This document shows positions 1 through 13,800 of a stretch of DNA of 64,000 nucleotides, one piece after another. Each line of letters starts with the position of its first letter. Positions within the stretch are counted from its first letter, which is position 1. The DNA is from Protoeuglena noctilucae (Eukaryota), in the NCBI GenBank assembly GCA_958009085.1, contig OY253683.1, positions 620,001-684,000 of the forward strand, in the 5' to 3' direction. The position numbers and the translations under genes were made by a program. A model generated the notes under the pieces. It saw only the letters and a list, made by a program, of their open reading frames with translations, ran no database searches and was not told the DNA's origin.

Positions 1-472
1 TGGTTGCGCATCGTGTTGAATTGCCTCCCGTGACTCTGTAATCGTGTCGTGCTGCGGCGTGTCGTCCATGGACCGCTGGTTGGCCGCTGGCCGCCCTGTA
101 TCGTGATCTTTGATCTGGCGTCGTTCGCCTTACCTCCGTCGGAGGCTTCGCCACGCGGAGGCACCCGTCCTGGGGGCGCAGGGTCAATAATCATGAGCAC
201 TGCAGGGTGAGCGGAGCTTCGCGGGGAGGAAGAGAAAGCCGCTCGAGCGCGCACTGCCTCGAGATGCTGCTGGCGATGACGACGATTGCCGCGCGGACTT
301 GCTGGCGAGCGAGATGGGCAAGCGCACTCCATGACCCTCTTGTGTCTCGGCGCGGGGGGCGGAGGGACGGAAGGGGGCGTATCGCGAGGCCATAAATTCG
401 CTCTTATTCCATGGCAGGCCGCGAGCTCGCGCTACCGTGACCTCGCAGAGATTTCCCACCAGGCTACGGGGA

Positions 473-3400
473 CGATGGTTTGGCCCGGGCTTTCACCGCC
501 CCCACGGCGGCACTGTTCGGAAGGCCGGCGCCGAGCCCACGAGGGAAGACCTCCGTATCATCGGAGGCGAGGGGTGACTCTTCTCCGCCGCTGGGCCAGT
601 CCCCAGCGCGGCGGTCAATTACGCCCCAGTCCAACCGGCCCCAGTACAGCAGGTGGGCCTTGGGGACGCGAATCGCGAACGTATGTATCGACAATCGCGC
701 AGTGGTGGGTCGGCAAGGTCCTTGAAGCCCTCGGTCCGCACGGATGCGGGGGTAGTCGGCGTGCGCCCCTTCACGCACCCGCTGCGATCGATGCGCGCAG
801 CACGACAGAGAGCAAGGACGTCCGAGACGATGAGGACTCGGCGGGACCGTCGGCCCAGGGCAGCGCGAGGGACATCACCCTCCGGGCCATGACCATGCGC
901 CGCCACCGCAAGGCCGATACCATCTTCCGCTCCAAGTTCGGCATCCCGGAGGGGGAGTTATTCCTGGACGAGTACCACTGCGCGCTGCAGAAGAAGATGC
1001 TGATCCAGGCGAGGGCGCAGTCACTCGCACGGCCGACCCCTTCTCGCGCAAGGGGTGCGCGACCCAGGGCTGCTCGCCTCTTCAGCCTTCTGAGAACCCA
1101 CGCTCGTCCCGCTCGCCCCCGCGTGCAGGGCCGCATGTATATCTTCGAGCACTTCGTGACTTTCTACGCCAACATCTTCGGGGTTCAGAAGGTCAAGGTC
1201 ATGGCGCTCAAGGACGTGACGGCCGTGCGCAAGGCCAAGACGCTGGGGCTGCCCAACGCCATCGAGATCACGCACAGGGGCAAGGTCGAGTTCTTCACGT
1301 CCTTCCTGGTGAGAAGGGCCGGGGTTGTCAGGCAGACGCGGCGGCAGGCGTGCATCGGCGGGCGTCCTGCCCAGAGATGCTGGGAACACGCCGTGCCCGC
1401 GATGCTCGCGGTGCGCGTGGGCGTGACGCGCGCCCTCGCCCCCGCAGTCCCGCGACGAGGCGTACCGGGTGGTGTGCTCCGCGTGGGGCAGGACCTCCGC
1501 CTATGCCAAGCTGTACCTGGGAGCCCAGGCCCTGGGGAGCTCGCCTTCGCTCGACTTCCCCGCGGGGTCCCAGCCCCGGGCGTCCGCGCTGGGCACCGCG
1601 GGCAGCCAGGAGGGGCTCCTGCAGGGTGGGCTCTCCTCCGTCGCGGCCATGGCGGCTGCCCTGGCCCACGGCGAGACAGACCGGGTGAGGAAAGGACGAT
1701 GCCATGCGAGAAGACGCATTGAGTGACTGACGGGCGAGAGGGTGCCAATAAACTCCCGTGGTTTGGGCGGTGATGCGACTGCGGCCGAGCGGCGAGTTTG
1801 CCTGCGTGGTCCTTTGCAGGAGGACGAGGACGACGAGGGTGACTCGACGCAGAATCTGCGGTGGGCGCCCCAGCACGGGCAGCCGCCCCCGCCCCGCGAG
1901 GAGCTCAAGAGCATCGCCACGTCGACGCTGCAGTGCTCGGCGGAGACGGTGTGCAGCAAGTTCCTCAGGTGAGGGGCCAGCATGCCTGGCGCGAGTGGTA
2001 CGCACGTGATGGCGGTCGCTTGGCAGGCTTCGTTTGCACTCGTTTGATGCGCTCATGGGACCCGTCACGTCCCTGCTTGCCCCTCCCTCTCGCAGCTCTG
2101 AAAGTGGCTTTTGGGAGAAGCTGCATCACGAGTTCGGCGACACGGACGTAACCCTCTCCGACTGGCAGCACGACGCCGAGCTGGGCATGGTGCGTTCGCT
2201 GGAGTTTGTGCGGCACCTGGGGCGCGTGGCCATGGGCCCGGACAAGACGCGGTGCTCCCAGACACAGAGGTGCGCGGGGTGCTGGGAGGCGCAGAGGTTG
2301 CTGGTGACGCGGGTGCCTGACATCACGGCGCCCGCTCGCGTCACGCAGGTGCCGGCAGTACCTGACGGGTGAGGGTGGGGCGGTGGTGCTCTTTGAGACG
2401 GAGCAGGAGATGATGGACATCCCATTCGGCGACACGTTTAAGGTCGTGTTGCGTTGGGAGTTCCACCAGCACGACGAGTCGGTGCCGGAGGTGAGGTGGA
2501 CCGCGGCAGGTCGCAGGGCGCTGCGCAGGCGATGGCCGCATGGAGAGGCCGCGTGTTGTTGATGGCACGCAGACGAGCGTCTCAATCATGCTGGGCATCC
2601 CCTTCAGCAAGAGCTGCTGGGTCAAGGGCATGATCGCCAGCCGCACGACCACGGAGGTGACGGAGGCGACCCAGAAGGTCCTGGGAATCATGGCGGAGGC
2701 CATCGCGCCCCCGCGGCCCGAGGGCACGGCGTCCAGCAAGGCCCGGATGCTGCAGGAGTTCAAGAAGACAGTCACGCAGCGCGTGCAGGTGCGGCACGAC
2801 GCCATGATGGCTGCGGTGCACGAGCCCAGCGTCCCTCGCCCCGCGCCCCATCCGCGGCATGCTCGTGCTTGCAGGGCAGCACCGATGTGCGCGCGCTCAT
2901 CGCCAAGATCCCCTCCGAGTACCGGACGGACGTGATGCGCATGCTGGAGTTCACCGTGGACCAGAGCCTGACGCCCGACATGGTGCGGCACGTGCGCGAG
3001 GGGGGCGTCTACGGACTGGTGGCCGACGGCGCCGACCTGGTCCTCTCCACCCTCTCCTGGGTCCTCGCCAGCCTTTTCCGCCGGGTGAGTTGACACGCTG
3101 GCTCTTTCACCTAGGACGCTTACTGGATGGCTTGGCCGCCATCCGAGCGGCGCATGGGGTGACAGAGGTTGCACCCCCCGGTTGCGGCCAGTGTCACTTC
3201 CTTCCCTCTTCTGAGCTGTGAGGGGCGCGCACTCATCTCTCTCTCCTCCCCCGCAGCCCATGGTGGGCCTCAGCTTGTCCCGGGAGGACCTGGCGCAAGT
3301 CATGGGGGCGTTGCTGCAAGGACTCGTGCTCCTGCAGTCGTCCATCTTCCTCGTCATGTTCTTCTTCTGGGGCTGGCGACTGCAGGGGGGCTTCCCCCAC

Positions 3401-3677
3401 GCGCCCCCGGCCCTCTTGCAGGTGGCGCCCTCGGCCGCCTGCGAGGCCCACGCCGCGCAGCTGCAGGCCTTGACCAGGTGGGGGCCGACACTGTGCCTGA
3501 TGATGCGCCGCATGGCCGGTGTTTCTGATACCGCAGACGTGACGTGACAGCCTGTTGGTCCGCAGGGAGGTGGCGGATCTCCACCGCTTTGTGGCCGCCC
3601 TGGCCGAAGCGCAGCCGACCCTCGTGAAGGCCATCGCAGCGGCGCTCAACTTGGACCCCGCCGTGCCGCACGCCTAA
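473..3677 (+). CDS. GRAM + VASt (StART-like) domain protein, VAD1/GRAMD1-like sterol-transfer family; multi-exon, start codon uncertain
   Basis: GRAM motif FRSKFGIPEGELFLDEYHCALQKKMLIQ|GRMYIFEHFVTFYANIFG (intron 1009-1128). VASt-like exons follow (QEMMDIPFGDTFKVVLRWEF; GIPFSKSCWVKGMI), then a hydrophobic C-terminal segment (LLQGLVLLQSSIFLVMFFFWGW). TAA at 3675-3677, TGTAA at 3708. Confidence 0.8.
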
Positions 3678-3707
3678 CATCACGCCCGGCGCGGGCCCAG
3701 CCATGCC

Positions 3708-3712
3708 TGTAA
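3708..3712 (+). terminator. TGTAA chlorophyte-type polyadenylation signal of the GRAM/VASt gene
   Basis: TGTAA lies 30 nt after the stop. The same signal follows other genes (31681-31685 on +; 40964-40968 on -). Confidence 0.6.
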
Positions 3713-3824
3713 TGACGGCTGCGTGATTTCGCCACCCCAGTTGCCGTCTGGACATCGCAGCCGCGCTGGTGTTGATGGTGTGGTCTGTCGGGTGAAACTA
3801 CAACCCACTGAAACAACAACCCGC

Positions 3825-6800
3825 TGTCAATGCTCTGTCAACACTCCACGCGCCAGTGGAGTAGCAGTGGAGTAGCCGCCACTACACCCTCGTCAACGTG
3901 TACATGCCCCGAGACGCTGCTGACAAAGACTACGTCCTTTCCACCCTCCTCCCTGACTCCTCGCATCCCACGTGCTCGGCCTGGTCCTCATGGGTGGGGA
4001 CTGGAACATGGTCATCGCAGCCGACATGGCAGCCTCGTCCTCGAACCACCAGTCCACCTATGAGGTGCAGACAACCCTGCGAAAGAAGCTGCAAGCCCAA
4101 ATCGTTGTCCTGGGCCTCATTAATGCCGGGGAGCAGAACCACAACAAGTTTTTTGCAGTCCCCACGCGCCGAGACATGGCGCAAGACAAGTCGAGGAAGA
4201 ACCGACCGACTTCGTTTCGACGTCCCTCGGAACCAGCCCGTTGAATTCCGTACGGAACGCTCTGATGCCACCGCTCGCATCCACTCTGCCAACATTGCCC
4301 TCTCTGACCATGCCCCTGTGCACATTTTCCTGCGTGACACCCCCCGCACCGCTCGCCGGCACCCCGCCAACATCCACCCGCACGCTTCCTTCCTTGTTAA
4401 GGAGATCCGCCAGCAGATCAAGCCTCTGCAGGAGGCTGCTGTGTCCTCTGCCATCCCGGCCCACCCTGGGCCAGCCGCTCCCCCCAGCACCGCCAAGCGC
4501 TGGACTCAGCAGACAGCCAATGCCATCCAGGAGATCGCCCGGCACTGGTACGCTTACCAGTCCCAGTATATCAACCAGCGGAAGCAGCAGCTGCGGCTTC
4601 TGCGGGAGCAGTACTTTGCAGCTGTGCGTGACGGCGAAGATGCCACTGCGTTCTGGTCCCAAATCCTCGAGTACTACCAACATGCCCTCGCTTACCTCGA
4701 CCGGCAGAACAAGACCCGGTCCTTTGATGTGCCGGCCTCGGCTCTCCCCCATGCCCTCCAGCCTGACAGAGATAAGCCCTCCCCGCCAGTCACCAGCGTC
4801 AGAGACGCTGACGGCCAGCTCCTCTCCTGCCCTGGTCGAGGCTACCCTCGTGGACCACTTTGAGACGGTGGGGCGCTCCACACCCCGCAATCCAGCTGCT
4901 CAGCACCACGTGCTGGAGGTCCTCCAGAACTCTGGGCGCACGCTCACTCACCAGGAGCAGCAGAGCATTGATGCCACCATCACTACAGAAGAGGTCCTTG
5001 CGGCCATCCACTCCTTCAAGCCTGACAGCGCCACGGTGCCCATGGGCTTGCCTACTGGCCTGTACCAGCGCTACGCCCACCTCTACGCTCCTCTCCTCAC
5101 TCTCCTCCTCAACACCATCCATCAGACGGGTTTCATGCCTGCCTGCTTCCTCAACAGCACCGTTACCCTCATTCCTAAGCTCCCCAAAGCCACGGACTGC
5201 AAGCCCTCGGACTTCCGGCCCATCTCAGTCAATGACGTGGTCTACCGCGTCCTCGCTAAGGTCCTCAACTCCCGGCTACGCCCCGTCCTTCAACGCATCA
5301 TCCCCCTCAGCCAGCAGGCCTTCATCAAGGGCCGATGCATCTCGCGATGCGTGTACCTTACCCGCGCCACCCTGGAACTCCTCGACCAGTCAGACGAGGG
5401 CTGCTTCATCATCTTCAATGACTTCGCCAAGGCCTATGACACGATGGACCGGCCCTTCTTCAGACGCATCCCTGAGACCCTGCACATTGCCGATACGTTC
5501 TGCACCTGGTCATGCACACCCCCTCATCCACCTACCAGCTCAAGCTGGGTCACGGTCTTAGCCGTGGTTACAATGTCTCCACGGGCATCCGCCAGGGCTG
5601 CCGGGTTGCCCCCTCCCTCTTCATCCTCGTGGCACTCGCGCTCCATGAGCTGGTCGCTTCTCAACCTTGACATCAAGGGCCTCCCGGCTCCAGGACCCAA
5701 CAAGCCTCTATGCTTTCCGCACCGATGAAAGGCTAGCCCAGGAGAGCCTCATCAGCCAATTTGCAGACGACACCGAGTTCGTGCAGGCCACGGTGCAATC
5801 CATGCACAACTTGTTCCATGCCCTGGATACCTTTCACCTGGCAACTGGTCTGCGCTCTAATCCCGCCAAGACGTACATCATTCCCGCTGGAAAGTGGAAC
5901 ACGGACCCAGCAGCGCTCCACCTGCACCTCACTGCTGCCCAGGCCCAGGGCCTCAATTCGCTTGTCTATGACCATGCCCAGCAACGCTGGAAGCTCGATG
6001 GCTACTGGATTACCCCGCCTGGGGGAGAACCAGTAGCGCCAGTGAAATACCTGGGCACGCTCATGGGGCCCGCTGGGATCGTCCCGACCGACTACTCATC
6101 CTTCATGGCAAGCATCTATACACAACTCCTTCGCCTCCGGCAACACGATATCCCACTGCCTCATCGATGGAAGATTGTCAAGACGTTCGTGCTGTCACGC
6201 CTCATCTATGCGACCACGCACTGCCCCATGGACTCCTCGCCAGGGAAGCCGGGTGCCCTGCTCCTTCGCTACATCCAGCGCTACGTGCTCACGGAATCCC
6301 CCAAAACGCAACGGCTCCCGCCTGAGATTGACAGGAACGAGCTGTACCACCCCGTCAGCCGGGGCGGCCTCCAGGCCCAGCATGTGCCCTTTCACCAAGC
6401 GGCCCTCCGCTTCAAGATGATCCAGCTCCATGCGTCGGGGGCGGACCCCCTCTTCTCCAATGCCATCCACCAACACCTCGTCAGGTCCCTCAAGTACAAA
6501 GCGACGGTCAAATGTGATGGCCAACGCTATGAGACGACGCTGTACATCCCGGTGAGGCCCCACATCTGTGCTCTGACAGCCAAAGACTGGGCGGAGCTCA
6601 CGCCCACCCCCCTCACTCGTGACCTCTTCAGCGCCACCCAGATGCTTCCTCCACCACAGCCATACGCCAACCCACCCACCCTGAATGACCTGTGGGTCCA
6701 CCTGACTCCAATGCTCCGAGCCCCGCTTCTCTCCAACCCACACAACCCTCTCTCCTTCCCTGCCAACTTCGTGCACAGCCGCTCTACTAACCCCACCCAC

Positions 6801-8240
6801 CAAAGGCTGCTCCTTGATGCCACGGCTAGAGATATCTGGGCCGCCATCATCCCAATCCTCGAACCTCTCCAACGGGCCTTCCCGCTGGTCTCGTCGCTCA
6901 TCATCCCTCGTGCCTACAACGGCCGTCTGGGACTCGTGACGATGTACTGACGACCCTCATGGTCCCTGCCCTGGGCTTTTATATGGCCAGGCAGATCCGT
7001 CTTGACCTCGTTTCTGCCCTCTCCGCCCACCTCCGCCTCAACAGCCCTGGCCGCCCTGGGCTCCCCGCCAACGCCTGGTCTGATATACGTGGACCCACGG
7101 TCTTGTCTGTCTTCCCTCATGACTTCCTCCACCGCATCTCTGGGTTTCGGGCCCAGGGGTGGTCCCACTACTTCTCCATGCATGGCCACTCCCTTGGCCA
7201 CACGTACCACTCTCTGGCATCCATTACCCCCTAGGCCCATCACAGGGCCTTCGTGGTTGCAAAATACTCGACGGACAAGCTCTGCCCGGGCCTGTTAGAG
7301 GACAGCTCTCCCCATTTGGCATGTGCTGCGACTGCCGCCCTGGCACGCCCCCAGGCTAACCCCGCTCACCTGGCCGCCACCTCCACGGCCTGGCCCACCG
7401 TCACTGACCGGTTGCCTACCTATTCTGACCTCCAGGGCAAGCCCTGCCCCCTCTGCCTTGAGTGCCGGCACGTCCCTCCATGATCTGGCAGAGTCCTGCC
7501 GCACGGCCCAGGTCGTGTGGCCCTCCGTCTTTTAAGCCACCTCTCTCCTGGCAGACTCTCAACCGATACATTGTCCAGCCCCCCGTGGGGCCGGCCTCTG
7601 CCCTGACCGTGGCACCCCCACTACGCTCCTCCTCCGCATTGGCGCCACCCATGCCAGCTCCGACCTCCTCAGGTCCCCCGCTTGGCGTCTTCTGTGGTCT
7701 GAGACTCTCCATGCCCTCATCACCGCGCGCCGCTACTGGCGCACAGGCCATCCGCTTCCGGATGCACCCCCCATGCTGCTCCTTGACCCACCCGATGCTC
7801 CAGCGTTGGCACGGGCCGCTCGCATTGTCTCCTACGCCGGCCACAGGATCTCCTCTGCCATTGCCTGCCACACCCGGCTGGCTTCCCCGGTCGTGGCTTC
7901 TCTGCTCCACGGCCTCTGTGATCCTTCCCTTCCACCTGGCGTCTACTTCATGGCTCTGGCTCTCTCTGTCACTCAGGCTCTCTTTGCTTCCTTCCCTCCT
8001 CCAAAGCCGCCGCCCCCCCGTCGTCGTCCTGTGTTGAGCCGGGGTTAGGGGGCTTGTTGGGGTAGCATTTCGCTCCAACGCACTTCAGCTCGGCGGCCCT
8101 CATTCTTTATTCTACGATCCCGAGATGGTTCTCGGGTCCTCTTAACCTTGTGCTCGGGCGGGGCCTACATCTTCTGGCGGGTAGGGTCATGAGGGTTCCC
8201 TACCCGTTCTCTTCTGTTGAATCTTCACTGGCAAAAAAAA
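3825..8240 (+). mobile_element. Degenerate, 5'-truncated non-LTR retrotransposon (LINE, L1/Tx1-like): APE endonuclease, reverse transcriptase, C-terminal Cys/His region, short poly(A) tail
   Basis: APE motifs (NVYMP, LMGGDWNMV, SDHAPV). RT motifs (TLIPK, DFRPISVNDVVYRVLAKVL, QQAFIKGR, DFAKAYD, QFADDT near 5760, VKYLG). CPLC..C..H near 7445. Intronless, C-rich composition, ORF broken across several frames, A-run ending at 8240. Confidence 0.92.
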
Positions 8241-8357
8241 GCTGAATCTGTGTTACCAACCCCTTCCCATCGACGCGCCAGCCTCCTGTGCCGTCGCCAC
8301 GGCTGCGCTGCCTCTGCCTTTGCCAATATTACGCACCTGCAGTTCGTTGGGTTCGCA

Positions 8358-10487
8358 ATGGAGGAACAGGACCGGATGAGCGCGCGACACCCCGCCGCTC
8401 GCCCTACGTTCGATCCGGATGTCTCGGGCCAAAACGAGACGTCATGGATGCAACAGAGGGCCTGGGAGACCCCTCTGAGGGACGCCAGGTGCATTGCCGG
8501 CCGCAGCAGGAGCGCCAGGGCGTGTATCGGTCGTTCTTCCGTGCTTGAGAACACATTGTCACATACGTAGTGCTTGCAGGCCAGGAGAGCCCGCCGGCCG
8601 GGAGGAGGCCGCCGAGGAGGCACCCCGAGGTGCAGGCGTGTTTCGCGGCCAGCGGGTTCTCACGGAGGAGGAATGGGTCGCGTCCATGGAAGCTATCATA
8701 GAGCGTGACTATTTTCCAGAGTTGCCGAAGCTGAAGGTGCAATTCCGCAGCGACTGTCGTCCCGCGCTCCCGTGTTCCGCTGTGGTCCATAGGCGGGTTC
8801 GGGCCGCCAGCGACGTCATCCCTGGCTCCTCTCGACGCAGAATAAACTGGAGTGGCTCCAGGCCGTGGGTTCCCGCGACCCGGCGGCCATCCTAGCCGCG
8901 CAGACCAACATTCTCAAGCGCCGGGCGGGGATGGCGACGCCCGCGATCGACGCTGGGCCGGGGCGACTGGTGGGGGACGCCACGCCGGCGCTGGGTCATG
9001 GAGAAGCGGGCGAGGGGTGCGCGGGCCCCGGGGACGCGGTCCCTGCGGCCCCGGCCATGACCCTGGACCAGTTCGTGCACTCGCACACGTCCGAGGACAA
9101 CGCGGCATTCCACGCCATCATCGACAAGGAGGACGCGCGTCGGCGCGTCAAGAACGCGTGGGCGTGGAACCCACGGGGTCTGCCTGCGCCCCCGGCGCGC
9201 GTGACCGCCGCCCTCCCCCGGCCCGACACTGCTGGCCAGCCACGGCTGCTGGAGGGCCCAAAGGCGCCCGCGCCTGCTGATCCCTCCGGTGAACCCCCAA
9301 GAGAAGTGCGGCTTGCTGTGCAGAACGAGACCACCCTGCTAACGCCAGACCAGGCAAGGGACTCCCGGAGTGCATGCGCCCAATGGGCCCTTTGCCCTGC
9401 GTGTGCCCTGTTCTTCTATCCGACTCTCCTGTTCGGTTCGCTTCCTGCAGGCCAAGCAGCTCGCCGAGGTCCCCAGTGGCGACCGCGCCGGGTTCAACCG
9501 ACTCCTGGACTACACGGTGCGCAGCCGCCTGTACTACGACACGAGCCAGCAGGTGGCGCTCCCGCTGACGGAGAAGGACTGGGAGGCGCGCGTCCGGGTG
9601 AGATTCAGGCTGCGGCACCTTGTGGGCCAAGGACACGTCACTGCGTCACTGCCATGCAAGTACAGGAGGGGCACGCAAGGCTTCATGTGCCATGCATGTT
9701 CCCCTGGCTGCAGGGCCCTCCCCGCGAGACGCACCCGGAGAACACCCGCCTGGCGCCGTTGGACGCCCCGGGCACCTCTTCGGCCACCACTCCCGGCATC
9801 GGGACACCGTCGACGACCGCGGGGGCACCCACACCCAGAGGAGGACCCGGGGGTGGCGGGGTGGGGGCTGGGCTGGGGCCGGCGGCGGGTCCCGGGGCGC
9901 TGCCGACGCCGACCATTGTGCCCGGCGGCGGGGGCGAGGAGCCCATCATGACGTGGGGCGCGGTGGTGGGGACGCCGCTGGTGGTGCGGGAGAGCGACAT
10001 GGACGTGGACGTGGGGCGGCCGGGGGCGGGGGAGTACAAGTGAGATGCTCGCGAGAGTATGCGTGTGTCAAGGGTGCAGCTGGCGCAGGCAGTGACAGCT
10101 TGGCCCATGGGCGGTCGCAGGATGCCGAGGAAGCTGATGAAGGACGTGGTGGGGGAGGTGCTGGCCAATGCGACGGCGCACAAGCGGCAGGGCAAGGGGC
10201 TGGGACGCGGGGCGGCGGGAATGATCCCGCGCTCTCTGGCAGGGTCGCCGGCGGGGGGCGTGCGCAAGACGCCAGCACTGTCGGGTGCGGCGCATCGCCT
10301 GGCATCGAGCCTGCGGCGGGGCACTCCGGCGGTGGACGCGGCCCTGCGCGCGACCTACCGGGGAGGGGCGACGCCGACGCCGGCCAGGCGTGGCGCAGGG
10401 GCTGCCCAGACGCCAACGGTGGCCCCGGGGAGGGGTGCGGGGGGCGCCACGAGCAAGGACGTCACAGACGGCTTGCTGAACCTGTAG
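8358..10487 (+). CDS. ESS2: Splicing factor ESS2/DGCR14 (Es2 family) homologue; multi-exon
   Basis: VLTEEEWVASMEAIIERDYFPELPKL, MTLDQFVHSHTSEDNAAF, PIMTWGAVVGTPL, C-terminal VTDGLLNL*; in-frame splice junctions. Confidence 0.9.
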
Positions 10488-10839
10488 TTGAGACGAAAGT
10501 TTCCTTGCACTTTGGCCCCTTTGCGTGTACCCTCCCCTTTTTTCTCTCGTCTCTTGAATCCTCATGGGCATGAAAAGGGTGTGCAATGGCTCTGGACGTT
10601 CCTGAGCTAAAAATCACGATGATCAAGAAGCTGGGTCGGAATGGCACACGGGCAGGATGCCACGGGCTGTCGGCAAGGGGAAAAAACGGGGCACAACCTT
10701 CTAGACAAAATCGCCGTCGCGAGCCCTGTGGATGTCCTCCTCCGTGGGCAGGGATGTTCTCTCTTTACCGCTGCAAGGCACAAATAAGACGGAGTGTCAG
10801 ATGCAGCAGCGCCTGCGCGGCTTCTGCGCATAAGCAGGG

Positions 10840-13800
10840 TTAGCCGCCCCACCTCTGCGTGCGGCGCTCTTGCAGCGATGCTGAGACATTGACGCGTGTC
10901 CGGTCCGCGTCGGCCCCCGCGTGTCCCGTGAAATGCTCCAGCGCGTCGCTCTCTGCCCCGGGCCTGGCCATGCGCGGCTCGGGCACAGGGACGGCCGACG
11001 CGGCCAGCACATCCATGGGCAGGCCCGATCGAATCGGCTGCAGGCGCTCGCGAGAGAGGTCCGACTGGAGGCCACGGAAGGAGGGCTTGGCACGCTTGGC
11101 ACGGACCTGATCCTCGAGACGTGCCAGGTACTCCTCGTTCTGGTCGGCCGGGCTCTGCGGGCACGCAGCGGGGAGAGCAACGCTCAGAGCGGACACGGAC
11201 ACGCCGAGCCCCTTTCATGCGCACCCGCTCATGTGGCAAGGCCTCACCTGCGCTTGGGCAGGAAACACCGTCGCTGAGCTGGGCCGGGACCTCTGGGTGG
11301 ACCGGGGGGCTGACTGGGCGCGGGCGGGCGTGCGGGGCTCGGGGGGCGCGGACGGCGACGCTGAGCCGACCGGGAAGCCGGCAGGGAACACCGCGCCACC
11401 TGCGGGGGACAGTTGCGGGATGTCAAGCACAACGCCCGCAAGCACCCAGCTTCACGAGGTAAGCGCAAGCGCCCTCACTCTTAAAGATGACGGGGGGCAG
11501 CGCCCGCTCCTCGCCCTGGCTGCTGCCGGCAGTGTCGCGGCGCTCGGGGAGCCACCCGCTTCCGGGGCCGTCCCGCGTTGTGAAGGAGGACGCCGAGGTC
11601 ATCGACACGCGGCGGGAGGACATGCTTATGAGATGCGCCTCAGACCCTGCGTTGCTGACCTTGTGGGCCCTCCACGGAGCCCCGCGCGCCCCTGCGCCGT
11701 GGGGCGTCTCCACGTCCAGGGGCGCAAAGGCCCCCGTGGCCTCACTGGCGAAGTCCTCGGACCGGTACTTGTCCTTGGCCACGGTCTCCCACTTGCGCTT
11801 GCGGATGGCCTGCACCTGGTACGCCGCAAAGCCCCCGGCCGCCGCCAGCACCACCGCGGCAGCGGCTGGGCCCACTACGACACCAACCCCGGCAAAAGAG
11901 CCCGCTGCAGTCTCTTGCACCGCGGATGGGGGCTGGGGCCCCGAGGGGGACGCGGGCGACACCGTGCCGTCTGACGGCGCGGGCCCGGCGCTCCCAGGCT
12001 TGGCCGGCACGGCCTGGCTGGGCTGGCTCGCGCCGGAGGAGGAGCTGTCGTGGGCCGGGGGATCGGCTGGGCCTGCGGGTTGTGACTGGGCAGCAGCCGG
12101 AGTTGCGCCAGTGCCAGCGCCAGGCCCACTTTGCGGGGGGGTTGCGCCTGCCGGCTGGGGCGCCGGGGTGGGGCTGGCCACGGACAGCGACACAGTGGTC
12201 TGGTTGGCACCCACGCTGGTGATGCCGGCGTCCGTCAAGACGTTGGGGTCTGTGGCGACGATCTCCACGCTGACGGCCGTCCCGTTCGTGGCCTGGGCAA
12301 GAGCGCCCGACAGGCTGGCGGCCGCCAGGTTGGCGAGGGCCTGCGCGACCGTCACGGCCGGGGCCTGCGTCGGGGCCGGGGTGGGTGCCGGCGTGACCCC
12401 GACCATGACCTGCTGCTGCGTGATGCTCTGGGCTTGCTGCGCGTATGCCGCCTGCAGCTGCTGCTCCTGGGCCTGGGCCGCGGGGTTGTTAGCGATGGCG
12501 GCCTGGGTGGAGGAGTCCACGTTGCCAGAGGTGTCGAAGGTGCGGGGCGGGAGAGGCTGGGAGCTGGACGCCGCGCTGTCCGACACCTCAAGCGTCACGG
12601 CCGTCCCCGTCTGCCCCAGCCGCCTCCCGCGGCCCTTGTCCGCGACCACCGACACGACTCGGATGCGAGACTTGTCGATGTTCAGGAGCTGCGCCACGTT
12701 GGTCACGAAGTTGTCGGCGTAGAACTCGTCCACCGACACCGCCAGCCTGACGCTGACCTGGATGACGCGCTCCGTGCGCACCTCGAAGTTCCCCGGTCCG
12801 ACCATCTTGGCGTAGAACGTGGTCGTCGATTGGTCCCAGAAATAGGACGTGCCGTTCGAGTCGGCCACCGTGGGCGGCGCGTCCAGGGGTGACAGTCGCA
12901 GCTGGCCTGGCGTCCACATGAAGCGGCGGTACGGCTCAAAGTAGTCGATCTCCACGGCGGTGGCCGCCCCGGCAGCGGCGTAAGGCATCCACACGCGCAG
13001 CATGCGGGGGGGCGTCCCCGTGAAGCTGATCTTGACGCTGGACCCCGTGGGCACGTACGTCCAGAACGTCGACAGCCGCTTCTGACACGTGTACGCGAAG
13101 CACCACCCATGGTCCATGGCGGATATCAGGACGTCAGTCTGCCCCTCGCTTTCAACGAACACCGGGGAGACGTTGCGGTCCTCGGAGTCCGCGTCCAGGC
13201 TCTCGATGACCATCAACTGCATGTCTCCGGCCACGCCGTAGGGCGCCGCGGACGTGGGGGCCACGCCCGGCACGCACTGGTAGGCCTGCCAGGCAGGGAC
13301 GAAGAAGCAAGGGCCCCCGTTGCCGCCCGCGGCGTGGTCTCCGCTGACGAGCCCGGCGTGCGCGGTGGTGAACTGCGCGTCCGACGGTGCCTCGCCCAGC
13401 GCTGGCACCAGGTGGTCCTGGTCGAGGGAGAAGGCGCGCACGTCCGACAGGAAGGTGCCCGCGACAACGCTGCCGATCACCCCCGTGAGAGAGCCGTCGA
13501 CGTCGTTCCACTGCACGTGGCGGGGCCCGGAGCAGTTGAGGTTGATGACCGTGCCGTCGCTGCGGGTGTACGTAGCCTCCCCACAGTCGTTCTCGTTACG
13601 CCAGGCGGGGTTCATGTCGTAGTGCTTGAAAAGCCCTTCGGGTGTCACGGACACGAGCGTCGACTGGCGCAGGGCCGTGGGGTGGAAGGCCTCCGGATTG
13701 AGCGGGTGGTTGGCCAGGGCGTGGGTGGGGAGAACGCACGCGGCGTTGGTGGCGCCGTAGAAGTTGGCAAAGGTCGTGTTGTAGTAGTCGGTGCGGCCCT

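Noticed and set aside
10840..11202. Apparent stand-alone 120-aa ORF
   Set aside because: It splices in frame as the last exon (11154-10840) of the fibrocystin-like gene.
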